Below the pieces are notes generated by a model, which was given only the letters and a program-made list of their open reading frames with translations, was not told the DNA's origin and did no database searches. The position numbers were made by a program, and so were the translations under genes. A DNA stretch of 64,000 nt from the NCBI GenBank assembly GCA_951406725.2, contig OX597822.1, positions 102,486,001-102,550,000 of the forward strand, in the 5' to 3' direction. Positions 1 to 12,439 of the stretch are shown in pieces (position 1 is the first letter of the stretch; every line of letters starts with the position of its first letter). The stretch comes from Octopus vulgaris. Lineage: Eukaryota.

Positions 1-133
1 AAAGATGGTTTTTTTCTAATTTATTTTTTAATTTTTATATTATTTATTTATTATATTGTGTGAAATTTGATTTAGTTTTTCTCAATTGAATATTTTTCCC
101 TGTAATTTAGGATTAATATTCCCTCAATATAAT

Positions 134-1449
<1,316 letters not shown>

Positions 1450-2069
1450 TGCCAACAACATTGGTTTCACTGCCCCATTGTATTCTGTTTTTAAATAACG
1501 TAAATTCTGAGGTTGGCTTCCTTTGATTTACTTGATCAACATGTATCATTAATATACAGATGTCACACATTACAGCTGCCTCAGCTTACAGGATTTTGCA
1601 CTTATGGACATTGTAAAGTATGACCATTCATTTCAGGATACAATCTGTAATGTCGTACTTTCGGAAACTCAGATTTTGAGGTTTTAAATTGCAAACAATT
1701 TCAAACTACACTTTCTTCTTAATGCATTGGCCACTTGCATTTTAGTTAAGATGAAAGAGAGACGGTACATCTAAGAGATAAAATGATGTTCTATACATCT
1801 TCTATCTTGATTGTAAAAACAAAAAAGCACTGATTTGAAAAACATGCATCATATACACACATCATTATCTTCATCATGATTTGATGTCTACTTTCCATGC
1901 TGGCATGGGTTGGATGGTTTGACCAGAGCTGGCAAGCTGGAGAGCTGCACCAGGTTCTAGTCGGATTTGGCCCTTCCTAACACCAACCACTTTACAAAAT
2001 TTTTTCAGTACCTTTAACGTGGCAGCACAGAAGCACTCTTACATGGCACCACCACACATGTATGTATAA

Positions 2070-2940
2070 AGTATTGGCCCTGCCCGATCTGTAGAAAAGG
2101 CATAGGTACAAACTCTATAAGATGTACCCAGTGTAAGCTATAGAGACATAAGAGGTGCAGCAATGTCAAAGGAAGGCTAACTAGGAAGATAGTTTTTGTG
2201 TGTAGCAGATGCTCAAGAGCAATAAACTCTGAAAATGTGCAGAGAACAACTTCCGCCACATTCCAGGGAGAAAACTAGAAGTAGTTGATAGCTTCCATTA
2301 CCTAGGTGACCAAGTCAGTAGCGGGGGCGGGTGTGCTGAAAGTGTAACTGCTAGAGTAAGAATAGCCTGGGCAAAGTTCAGAGAGCTCTTACCTGGTGAC
2401 AAAAGGCCTCTCACTCTGATTAAAAGGCAGACTATATGACGTATGTGTACGAACAGCCATGCTACATGGCAGTGAAACATGGGCCGTGACTGCTGAGGAC
2501 ATGCATAAGCTCGCAAAGAATGAAGCCAGTATGCTCCACTTGATGTGTAATGTCAGTCTGTATACTCAACAGAGTGTGCCTTGAGAGAAAAGTTGGACCT
2601 TAGAAGCATCAGACGTTTGCGCTGGTATGGTCATGTGGTGAGAATGGATGAGGATAGCTGTGTGGAAAAGTGCCACACCCTAGCGGTTGAGGGAACCTGT
2701 GGAAGAGGTAGACCCAGGAAGACCTGGGATGAGGTGGTGAAGCATGACATTTGAACATTAGGCCTCACCAAGGCAATGACTAGTGACCGGGCCCTCTAGA
2801 AATATGCTGTGCTTGAGAAGACCCAGCAAGCCAAGTGAGACCATAACCTACACCAGGGGTGTAACCAGTCCACTTATGCATACTTTTCCTTCATTGAACA
2901 CTAAAGTCTGCTTGCAAAGACCTGTTGAGGCAAGTGAAAC
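2070..2940 (+). mobile_element. RTE-clade LINE 3' fragment (degenerate RT C-terminal half plus part of 3' UTR)
   Basis: Manual translation across stops and frameshifts: WPCPICRKGIGTNSIRCTQC (Cys-rich insert), LEVVDSFHYLGD, AMLHGSETW, RLRWYGHVVRMDE, GRGRPRKTW. Confidence 0.85.
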
Positions 2941-2967
2941 GCTAATGATGATATATGTATATATAGT

Positions 2968-3118
2968 GGGGTGCTCAAAAGTTCTTTTACAGGGCTTAGA
3001 ATCACTGAAGGACTGCTGCAATAAATGTGTGAATGTGAGAGGGGAATATGTTGAATACAATCATAATTAACTGATCCTCCTATATTTCATTTTACCCAAA
3101 GCCAAGAACTTTTCATCA
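2968..3118 (+). mobile_element. Tc1/mariner internally deleted remnant
   Basis: Encodes GLESLKDCCNKCVNVRGEYVE, resembling the mariner C-terminal W.KC....G.Y.E motif; imperfect inverted termini (aaaagttc / gaactttt). Confidence 0.55.
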
Positions 3119-3793
3119 ATATATATATATAGCCACAATGGGGATATTCAAACCTCTTACAGGGATATTTATCCAAGATACACTAGTTTAATATATTAAA
3201 TTTTGAAAAGATAATTCTTCAATGAATATATTATATAGAATATCGTAAGATATCAAACATCTTTATTGTGTTGGAAAACAGAGAGATCTAATGGATACAG
3301 ATTAATTTATTAATTAATCAACATATTAACCAACAATTGTTTTAATTCTCAAATAAGATTAAAATTACAAAGCATATATGAAAATATAATTTTGCATTTT
3401 AAATACCTTATAAGGAAAATTATCAGGGTTTTCAGAGGACAACAATGCTTACATTAGGATACTTTCGGAATATACAGAATGTATAAACATGTTTATTATG
3501 TGTGTATGTATATGTGTGTGTGTGTATGCATGCATTAAAATTATCCCTTTTATTTCAATTCAATAATAGTAATAGCAATAATGATGAATAATGGGTTATA
3601 TTAATTATGGGTAAATTAATATAATGAATAAAAGAATTTGCTACCTGGGTAGCAAATTCACTTCAGTAAAACACGGTTGAAGCTACATGCCAAGGGCAGA
3701 ACCCCGTGTTCATGTGTGGAAATTTGTGTGTTTTTTTATATGAATAAATGAAAATCTTTGTTCGACTCCATTCTTTTCATTTATTCATATATG

Positions 3794-3845
<52 letters not shown>

Positions 3846-3908
3846 TATTTATATATAAATGTGTATATATAAATATATACGAGAAAGAAGCAACAAGAAT
3901 GGATTAGT

Positions 3909-3999
3909 TTTTAGTACAATTGTTTCATACAAAGACAGGCTTTATTACAAGTTGCAAAAATTGCAGCAGATAAAAGTGTCCCGTACTCATCAGCTAAAA
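3909..3999 (-). ncRNA. Type I hammerhead ribozyme, long stem II loop (family H1, copy 2)
   Basis: Minus strand: ttttag-CTGATGA-gtac...gtat-GAAAC-aatt-GTA-ctaaaa. Stems I, II and III can all pair and the core is complete. Confidence 0.75.
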
Positions 4000-4107
4000 T
4001 ACATATGAGTTCTCCAAACATCTTAGTGGGTGAGGTTATACTCATGAAATATTGGAGATAATTTCATTAAAGGCAGATATAGGTTGCAAACAGATTTCCA
4101 AAGTTCC

Positions 4108-4320
4108 TTAATGATGATGCACAGTCTTATCACAGATTCTTAAAAGCTTATTAGTTTCACAGAGAAGATGAATTAATCCGTAGTGTAGATTTAAATTTCC
4201 AGAGATATGAGGAGGATGATGCACAGACTTATCACAGGTTTTTAAAAGCTTATTAGCTTCACAGCAAAGGTGAATTAATCCATAGTGAAGATTTAAATTT
4301 CCAGCGATATGAGGAGGAAT
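4108..4320. repeat. ~108-bp imperfect tandem duplication upstream of the H1 hammerhead
   Basis: Two diverged copies of gatgatgcacag.cttatcacag...gatttaaatttccag.gatatgaggagg. Confidence 0.8.
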
Positions 4321-5399
4321 TTCATACTCACAGACGATGAATTTATCCATTGTTAATCCACAATCATTTCATGCTATATGATAAGGTATTTGCCACATTA
4401 CTGCTCTCCATGCAAAACTGCTATGTTAAGATTTCTAAAAGCTGAAGGAATTTATTTGTGGAGCAAAGAAAAGAAAAGAAAAAGAAAAGAGACAAGGAAA
4501 AAAGAAAAAGGAGAAGAAGAAGAAAGAAGGAAAAGAAAAAGAAAAAAGAAAGAGAAACGGGGAGAAGAAAAGAAAAAGAAAAAAGGGGAAGAAGGGAGAA
4601 AAGAAAAGACGCCTATATAGAGTATACTGTGACAACTTAGAGGGAGGGGATTCTAAAGTGACCAAATACAGAAGAATTTGTAGACGGCCTAGTTAGCTTG
4701 AATCTGTAAGAATCCAGGAACTATGAGGAGAAAATTATTTTTGACCAGTACACAGCTATTTACTATCAACCTGACGTAGATGAAAGCAGATATGAATCTA
4801 AAGAGAATTTAAAGAGATAAACAAGGTCAGGGGTAGAGGGGTCAAAAGCTATCGTCAAAAGGAAATACATTAAGAGAAAAGATCTAAGTGCAACCCTAAC
4901 CAGAGGTCATTTAAATTTATTTATTTATTTATTCCTGTTACTGTCTTAAAATTGTTGCCGTTACTATCAATACATTAACAGACTACCGGTCAAAACTTAG
5001 AATTTAGTTAACAAGGTGTGATGGAATTGTCTATTATATTGAAGTTTCTCATACTACTTTCAAGGGAGTATCTTTACTTATTTAATTTTGTAATAGAATT
5101 GTTAAGCCTTAGTAACTTATTTTATTAAAGTTGTGTTACCTAAACTAGATTAAGTTCAAAAATTAAAAATTAAGATTTAAGAATTAAATAAACTCTCATT
5201 TAAGCAATGTACGAGTACTATTTATTTCCTAATGCTCAAAATCAGGTGCTGTTATAAAGAAAAAGATAACTATAGTGTGAGAACTCGCAGTTATCTACTT
5301 AAAAGTAATGCTATACTAGTAAAAACCCAGTTATATTTATTTACCTATCTTGTTACGATTATTCTATACAGTTATTCATTTAAAATATTTTAGAGTCTT

Positions 5400-6820
5400 C
5401 AATTTAGCGTGGACACAAACTTGTCCTACTTCAATATGGTTATTTAACAAGCCTCTATTTTTTCTATGCCTTAGAATTTCATAGGTCTCCATGGAGCAGA
5501 GTTGGCAACCAACCCTGCTATTTTTATACGGCATTGCTCTCCTAACTATTTCCCAATTAAGGTTATAATTCCTGTTATTATTTTTGAGTTCCCAGATCTT
5601 ACTTGAAAGTGTGGTGATACCAGCTTTATGACGTATATCTAAAAGATGAGACGTGATTTCTAACTCTTTTATTAAAATTTATTGTACAACCAATGTAAAA
5701 AAATTTGTTATTCTCAGTAGATATGGTACATTTATAGATTACGTTATTTTCCCCGCATAGACCAGGTGTCGGGCATCTTGACTTAATTCTACACTTACAC
5801 GCAGGAGGAACAACTTCAGAAGTTGGATTATTCATGGGTAGATGTCTTATGTTCCTGTTATTTTGATTATCATGAGTATAATTATCTTTATTATTATTAT
5901 TATTTTTATAGTTGGTGCTGTATTCTAAAGCATTGTTATTATTTATTGATCCTTTTGCTCCATCTTTTAGGTCTAAAGTCCTACCATGATTATTTACATT
6001 ATTGGTAATGTTACTATTATTGTTAGTATTATTATCAAACTGTATATTGTTGCTATAGATATCACTGATATTTTCCTTCTCCGCGTTTTCTCTATTAGCC
6101 TTACTTCTATTATTAACATTATTACTTCTATTAGTATCGATATTATTACTCTTATTACTGTTAATATTATTATTAGTCGTTCTGTGGTTACTGATTCCAT
6201 CCATGTTTTGATAGTTACTATTGTTGCGTTTATTGTTGTTAGTATTGTTATAATTGTTATTGGTATTCATGTTGTTATTATTATTTTTATTTTTATCTTT
6301 CCTGGCTAGTTTAATGTTGTTATTATTAATCTTAGCTATTAAAGTGGACATATTTGGGAGTGTTGAATAAGAAATCCTAACTGTTTTCTTAGAAATAATT
6401 CTATGATATCTATGAGAGATTGGGAAATTTTTTTCTAGAATTACTTTGAATTTGCTCTGTATATCCGATTGAATCGCACAGTTGAAAGGAATATTCAGCC
6501 ATATTATATCTTTTTTATTTTTATTTCTATTAAATTTCCTTGAATTAGAATCAGGGTTCATAGAATTATTATTATTCATCTTATCAAAGTCATTGTACTT
6601 ACTACTATTATTTTTTGTGTGCATCTTTGATTTATCTAATTCCATTTTATCCGAGTTACCTATGCTTTGGTCTTTACTTCTATTTGAATTATTGGGCTTG
6701 TACGCTAGATTTGCGGTTACCGTGAATCTATTTCTACTTCTATTTCGGGCCTGGTCTATATTGCTGCTTATGTGATTACTGATAACTTCTTTATTAGGAA
6801 TATGTAAGTTCCCCTTATCA
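5400..6820 (-). mobile_element. Penelope-like element, 5'-truncated, GIY-YIG endonuclease region with Naiad-type motifs
   Basis: ORF 5626-6645 contains DIIWLNIPF...RISYSTLPNM, CKCRIKSRC (CxCx5C), NVIY...YIG and RVRNH. After a frameshift near 5628 it continues TLSSKIWELK...WEIVRRA...GCQLCSMETYEIL...LLN. Confidence 0.85.
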
Positions 6821-6821
6821 A

Positions 6822-6823
6822 TG

Positions 6824-6886
<63 letters not shown>

Positions 6887-7070
6887 ATTTATATATACAC
6901 ATATATATATATACATATAAATGTATATATATATATACATATATATGTATATATATATATATATACATATATATGTATATATATATATACATATATGTGT
7001 GTGTGTATATATATATATATATATACACTTATACATACATACATACACACATACACACACATGCACACGC
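6822..7070. repeat. (TA)n/(TACA)n compound microsatellite
   Basis: Direct inspection. Confidence 0.9.
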
Positions 7071-7766
7071 AACAAGTATGTACATCAATATATACCTGTA
7101 CTGGTATATATAATCTAGAATATTAAATTTATTAAACAGGTAACAAATTAAAGCAAACATTAAAAACACTGAAATAGTATACTAACTATGGCTCAATTTA
7201 AAAATCAAACATAAATTAAGATAACTGGAAATAACAAATACAAATAGCATATACTATTCTATATTATATTATATAATGATTGAATTTCATTTCAATAATA
7301 ATAGAGAACATGTATATGTGTATATCAGGGGGTGTGTATGAATATTTGCTTAGTGTGGGAGTGTGTGTTTAAGTCAGAAGTTCAAGGGGCAAATTGCCTA
7401 TAAAATCTGGTGGCCTTTCAGCTAAGTAAAATGATCATATGGCAGTTTCCCATTTCTTTACACAATTTTTTGCATTTTTACAATACTCTGCAAGGTCATT
7501 TTGCTGCAGGGGTTTGGGTGGTGAAGGACAGACAAGGTAGCGCTCCATAGTATGGTCCACCTCTTCACATTCTCTGGCAGTTGGGCCTTTCTTATAGTCC
7601 CAACTGACCAAAACAACTTTTGATTTTCCCATTCTCATTCTCAGGTGGTTGAGTAACTTCCACTGGATCCGTAGTGGTTCTGAGAAGCTATGAGGGAGGT
7701 CTTCAGCTTTGGAGAAGTTCCCATCTCTATTGGAGGAAGACCATACTCAAGTGTTTCCATCTAGTG

Positions 7767-8220
7767 CAGTGGTTCTTAACCATTTTTTTTTGTAGCACCC
7801 CTTTTGTTAGTAGTTGTTATGCCCAGCACCCACCTAGGGGGCCGATTGAGGTATCACAACTAAACTAACTTAACATGGATGATAATTTATAAGTTGTATC
7901 CTAAAAATGCATTGTATAAACTTTTAACAATGAAATGATAAAAAAAACTGATAAAGATAAAAGTTGTAGATTTACTTTGTACATATACGGTGACATGTAA
8001 AAGCACCAACCAATCGTGGCCGTTTGCCAGCCTCCTCTGGCCCCTATGCTGGTGGCACGTAAAAAACACCCACTACACTCACGGAGTGGTTGGCATTAGG
8101 AAGGGCATCCAGCTGTATAAAAAATGCCAAACCAGACTGGAGCCTGGTGCAGCCTCCATGGCTTACCAGACCCCGGTCGAACCATCCAACCCATGCTAGC
8201 ATGGAAAACGGACGTTAACC

Positions 8221-8257
<37 letters not shown>

Positions 8258-8640
8258 GCAAGTTAGTGACTTCCCTGTGCTTCATGAGATCTACCTAAAT
8301 TTTCCAATTCAGGTTCAATGTTTGTTAAAAGAAGTCGTAATTCTCCTCTTTGACTTATTACAAATTCATTTCATTACTTAGTCAGCAATTATGACACTGC
8401 ACTGAATCCATTCTCTATAAAATATCAAGATGGAAAAACAACAAACATTAATTTAATTTCTTGCTAAAATTGAGAATTCTTGCTGTTGAAAATATACTTG
8501 AGCTTTTAAATCATTTTTTAAGCCAATAATTTCTTCATGTAAACTCGGTTGAGCAGAAGAGATATTGGAAAGAAATGGATTTATGGCTCAATTAGGTACT
8601 TTAAGATCAGTAAAATCTTTAAACCTTGTCATTAAGTCGT
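7767..8640 (-). mobile_element. hAT (Buster/Charlie-type) transposon 3' remnant, interrupted by an RTE-tail repeat at 7990-8255
   Basis: Terminus CAGTGGTTCTTAACC at 7767. Minus-strand decayed C-terminus TRFKDF...INPF...LHEEIIGLKND and RGELRLLLTNIEPELENL..SHEAQGSH. Confidence 0.65.
7990..8255 (+). mobile_element. RTE 3'-UTR-derived repeat (family E) ending in (GAT)n
   Basis: Shares ggagtggttggc.ttaggaagggcatccagctgta...catgctagcatggaaaacggacgtt(gat)n with copies at 9160-9282, 30540-30940, 43730-44465, 56562-56900, 57558-58085 and 63830-64000. Confidence 0.8.
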
Positions 8641-9457
8641 CTTCAGTATCTACAGATGAGAACAATAGCAATTTATATCCACATCTAATATTAGATTCAC
8701 TAGCTGACCACGCGCCATCAATAATGACAGCTAATTGTCATATAGAAATATTAATATTTCTAAGTCTTAAATTCTGTTAAACTCAAAACTTTGGTTATTC
8801 TCAAAATACCAAAGATATAATAATCCCTATTACTGTAGGTGCAAGGCTTGAAATTTTGAGGAAGAAAGAACAAATCAATTACATCAACCCCAATGCTCAG
8901 CTGGTAACATAATGCAGAGAGGATGAAAGGCAATATCAATGGTAACTCAGAAGATGGACAAAATGCTACTAAATATTTTTGCCTGGTGCATCAACAATTC
9001 TACCTGCTTGCTACCTTCCGAAGATCAAATCGAATACAAATTGGACATCATTCCATAAACAGTTGCAAAATAATGCCAAACAAAAATTCCATGCATATAT
9101 AAATTTTATTATATGTTTACGTCTGTTGAGAGTATAAAGTATATTTTTAAACATGTCTACAGCTGTAGAAACACTACCAGATCAGACTGGAGCCTGGTGC
9201 AGCTTCCTGGCTTCCCAGACCCTGGTCGAACCGTCCAACCTGTGCTAGCACAGAAAATGGACGTTAAACGATGATGATGATGTCTACAAAGGACACGATT
9301 TTATTTCTATTGAAATAACAATTTTTTTTTATAGTGAACAGCAAAATCAGTTGCCTGAACAGGATTAAATGATCTCCTACCTGTCCAGTAGATGTTTCAC
9401 CTGTGAGATCAATATGGAGATTATCTCAGTATTAAACAGCATAGCATATTTCATATG

Positions 9458-9700
9458 TGGAGGCGCATGGCTTAGTGGTTAGGGTGTCAGCACCATGATC
9501 ATAAGATTGTGATTTCGATTCTTGGACCGGGCAACGTGTTGTGTTCTAGAGCAAAACACTTTCTTTCATGTTGCTTCAGTCCACTCAGCTGGCAAAAATG
9601 AGTAACGCTGCAATGGACTGGCGTCCCGTCCAGCTGGGGAACAAATACGCCATAGAAACTGAGAAACCAGGCCCATGAGCCTGGCTAGGCTTTAAGAGTT
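9458..9700 (+). mobile_element. tRNA-derived SINE (family C)
   Basis: A box TGGCTTAGTGG and B-box-like TTTCGATTC; homologous copies at 38981-39235 and 52310-52562. Confidence 0.8.
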
Positions 9701-10505
9701 CTTATTTCATCTAAAATATACTCTCCTTCATTTTCTACAATGTTCTACCATCTATCTGGTAGACTTGCAAGGCCCCTCTTCATTTGTCCATAAAGAAAAA
9801 TACCCCTCCACTACTGTTCTGACCTCATCTACAGAATTCATGTTTTTTTTTCCATTCAAATGATTTTGAACACTGCAATAAAGGATAATCAGATGGGGCA
9901 ATGTCCAGCAAATACGGTGGTCAGAGCATCATTTCCCATTCAATCTGCTTCAGCCTTTCGAATGTCACCCTCGTTGTATGTGGCTAAGCATTATTCTGAT
10001 GGAAGTACATCAAAGATGGTCATTGTTCTTCAAGCGCTCACTTAAGCCACTCAAACTGCTTGCAGTAGATCTCCTTTGTTATTGTTTGGTTTGGGTTTAA
10101 AAGTTCAAAATGAACTAAACCTTTCATATCCCAAACAGATCACAACTCTTTACATGGGTGAAGACCTTTAGCCTGAGTTGCCAGTGTTTCTCCTTTCCAT
10201 ACCCACTGTCTTTGGCGCTTAACATCTTTATAGAGAACCCATTTCTCATCACCAGTCACTATTCGGGCAAAAAAAATGTTCTTTCGTGAGATGTGACAGC
10301 AAAGAAGAGCACACATTCACTCTCTGTGCGCCATTAGACTCGGGAAGTTTATGAGGAACCCATTGACCCAGACTTTTCTGCAATTTGTTGAATGGTGTTG
10401 AATGGTTGAATGGCCAAATCCAGGCTTCTCTGCTAGTTCCTCAAAAGTTATGATGGGATTTTGTTCCACCAGAGTTTTCAAGTCATCATCGTCGAATTCT
10501 ACAGA
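9700..10505 (-). mobile_element. Mariner transposase remnant
   Basis: Minus strand: VEFDDDDLKTLVEQNP...EELAEK...HSTI (HTH), HQNNA*PHT (HDNARPH-like) and PPYLLDIAPSDY (YSPDLAPSD-like). Confidence 0.8.
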
Positions 10506-10639
10506 TTACGTGATTGTAATTTATGCACGTCCACAAATTAGCACGCATGTCGCTCAAATTTTAGGAGGACATTCGTCAGCACCCTATCTGGGTTTTGTCA
10601 ACTCATTTTTTCCCGAGGCACCCGTGGATAGTGTAAAAA

Positions 10640-11459
10640 TCTATTTTCAACCATAGCTTTTAACCATAACTAATATCAGCCATTGCTTTTTGATGGCGTC
10701 TAACAAAAAAAAAAATAAGATACAGAAAAGTAGAAGAAGGAGGCAGAGAATTTCACGCGAAAGACAAAGTGAGAGAGGGAGAGAGAGAGCCATTGCTTTC
10801 TTGACGGCGTCTAACAAAACAAATAAGATACAGAAAAGTGGAAGAACGAGGCAGAGAGTTTCACGGGAAAGACAAAGTGAGAGAGGGATAGAGAGAGCCA
10901 TTGCTTTTTTAACAGGGTCTAACAAAACAAATAAGATACAGAAAAGTGGAAGAACGAGGCAGAGAGTTTCACGAGAAAGACAAAGTGAGAGAGGGAGAGA
11001 GAGAGCCATTGCTTTTTTGACGGCGTCTAACAAAAAAAATAAGATACAGAAAAGTGGAAGAAGGAGGCAGAGAGTTTCACGAGAAAGACAAAGTGAGAGA
11101 GGGAGAGAGAGAGCCATTGCTTTTTTGACGGCGTCTAACAAAAAAAATAAGATACAGAAAAGTGGAAGAAGGAGGCAGAGAGTTTCACGAGAAAGACAAA
11201 GTGAGAGAGGGAGAGAGAGAGTAAGTGACTACGTTCATAAAAAATAAAATGTAAAATGTTTTGTTTTTTGTTTTTGAAAGACACACTATATTTTATATAT
11301 TTTATATATATTAGTTATATATATTAGTTATATATAATATAACTAATTTCAACGGATTTCGCCCAAATTTGACGTTTATATTAGTTTGGTTTGAAATAAA
11401 GAACTTGATTAGCTTAATAATCGTAACTTAATCCCGGCAAGGCCGGGTTATACTGCTAG
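10640..11459 (+). mobile_element. Non-autonomous Helitron-like element (5' end uncertain)
   Basis: 3' hairpin CCCGGC-AAG-GCCGGG followed by CTAG|T at 11456-11460; possible A|TC start at 10640. Confidence 0.6.
10678..11220 (+). repeat. Tandem minisatellite, ~108-bp unit x5, inside a Helitron-like element
   Basis: Unit agccattgc...tctaacaaa...gaaagacaaagtgagagagggagagagag repeated five times; explains the repetitive ORFs at 10647-11247. Confidence 0.92.
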
Positions 11460-11461
11460 TA

Positions 11462-11513
<52 letters not shown>

Positions 11514-11549
11514 TAACTTAATCCGGGCAAGGCCGGGTTATACTGCTAG

Positions 11550-11609
<60 letters not shown>

Positions 11610-11917
11610 CTAGCAGTATAACCCGGCCTTGCCCGGGATTAAGTTACGATTATTTAGCTAATCAAGTCGTAACTTAATCCCGGGCAAGGCCGGGTTACTG
11701 CTTCGGATTTTCAGAAATTTTGCATGACTGTATCCGAAAATTTCTTCACACAACTTGATTAGCAATTCAATATGAGCTATATGTAGACATGCACAAATTC
11801 TGTAAGTTTAAAACCTTTCATCGGATCTCCATGAATCGAACTTTCTTCAATGCAGTTAATCTTACACCCTCTTTTGTATCTACCCCTTTTGATGTTTGGG
11901 AATTCTCTGATGTTTTT

Positions 11918-12001
11918 TCGGCTGACGAGTACGAGCCATCTGTATTCACTGCATTTTTTGTAGCTTATTAAAGATGTCCTCGTACGAAACGATTGTACCG
12001 A
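11918..12001 (+). ncRNA. Type I hammerhead ribozyme, long stem II loop (family H1, intact copy)
   Basis: tcgg-CTGACGA-gtacgag-[43 nt]-ctcgtac-GAAAC-gatt-GTA-ccga. Perfect core, 7-bp stem II, predicted cleavage after 11997. Confidence 0.85.
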
Positions 12002-12161
12002 GATTTTAATCCATTCTTGTTGCTTTTTTCCTATTTGTAATCACCCCACTTGTCGTATGGTTAACACCATATAGATTTCCGGTGCATCCTAGTTAAGGAC
12101 CATATTCATGTGAATTCATTAGAATTCACTTGAATCTCAATTACTTAACCGAATATATATA

Positions 12162-12420
12162 CTAGCAGTATAACCCGGCCTTGCCCGGGATTAAGTTACG
12201 ATTATTTAGCTAATCAAGTTCTTTATTTCAAACCAAACTAAGTAATATAGACGTCAAATTTGGGTGAAATCCGTTGAAATTAGTTATATTATATATATTA
12301 TATATACATAATATAATATGATATAAATATATATGGGCAACAGACACGAACACACATACACACTCGTAAGTACGTACACCTATTGCATGTTTTGTGCACG
12401 CATGCATGTTCATAAACAGA
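12162..12420 (-). mobile_element. Helitron-like 3' end, same family as 10640-11459, opposite orientation
   Basis: Reverse complement of 11330-11459, including the hairpin and CTAG. Confidence 0.7.
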
Positions 12421-12439
12421 AATGAATGGAAAAAATGTT

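Noticed and set aside
4378-4665. Lys/Glu-rich and Phe-rich ORFs
   Set aside because: Purine-rich low-complexity tract.
5400-5810. Selenocysteine recoding, as reported for some Naiad elements
   Set aside because: The conserved Cys positions are ordinary Cys codons, the break at ~5628 is a frameshift ending in TAA, and I could not identify a SECIS.
7435-7638. 67-aa minus-strand ORF with plausible composition
   Set aside because: No recognisable motif or convincing splice context; cannot be supported without a search.
9458-9530. tRNA genes at SINE heads (also 23977, 38981, 52310)
   Set aside because: They have A/B boxes but continue into multi-copy SINE bodies and lack a proper acceptor stem.
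10647-11247. 36-aa repeat proteins on both strands, or a CRISPR-like array
   Set aside because: 108-bp minisatellite inside a Helitron-like element; no unique spacers and no cas genes, in a eukaryotic context.
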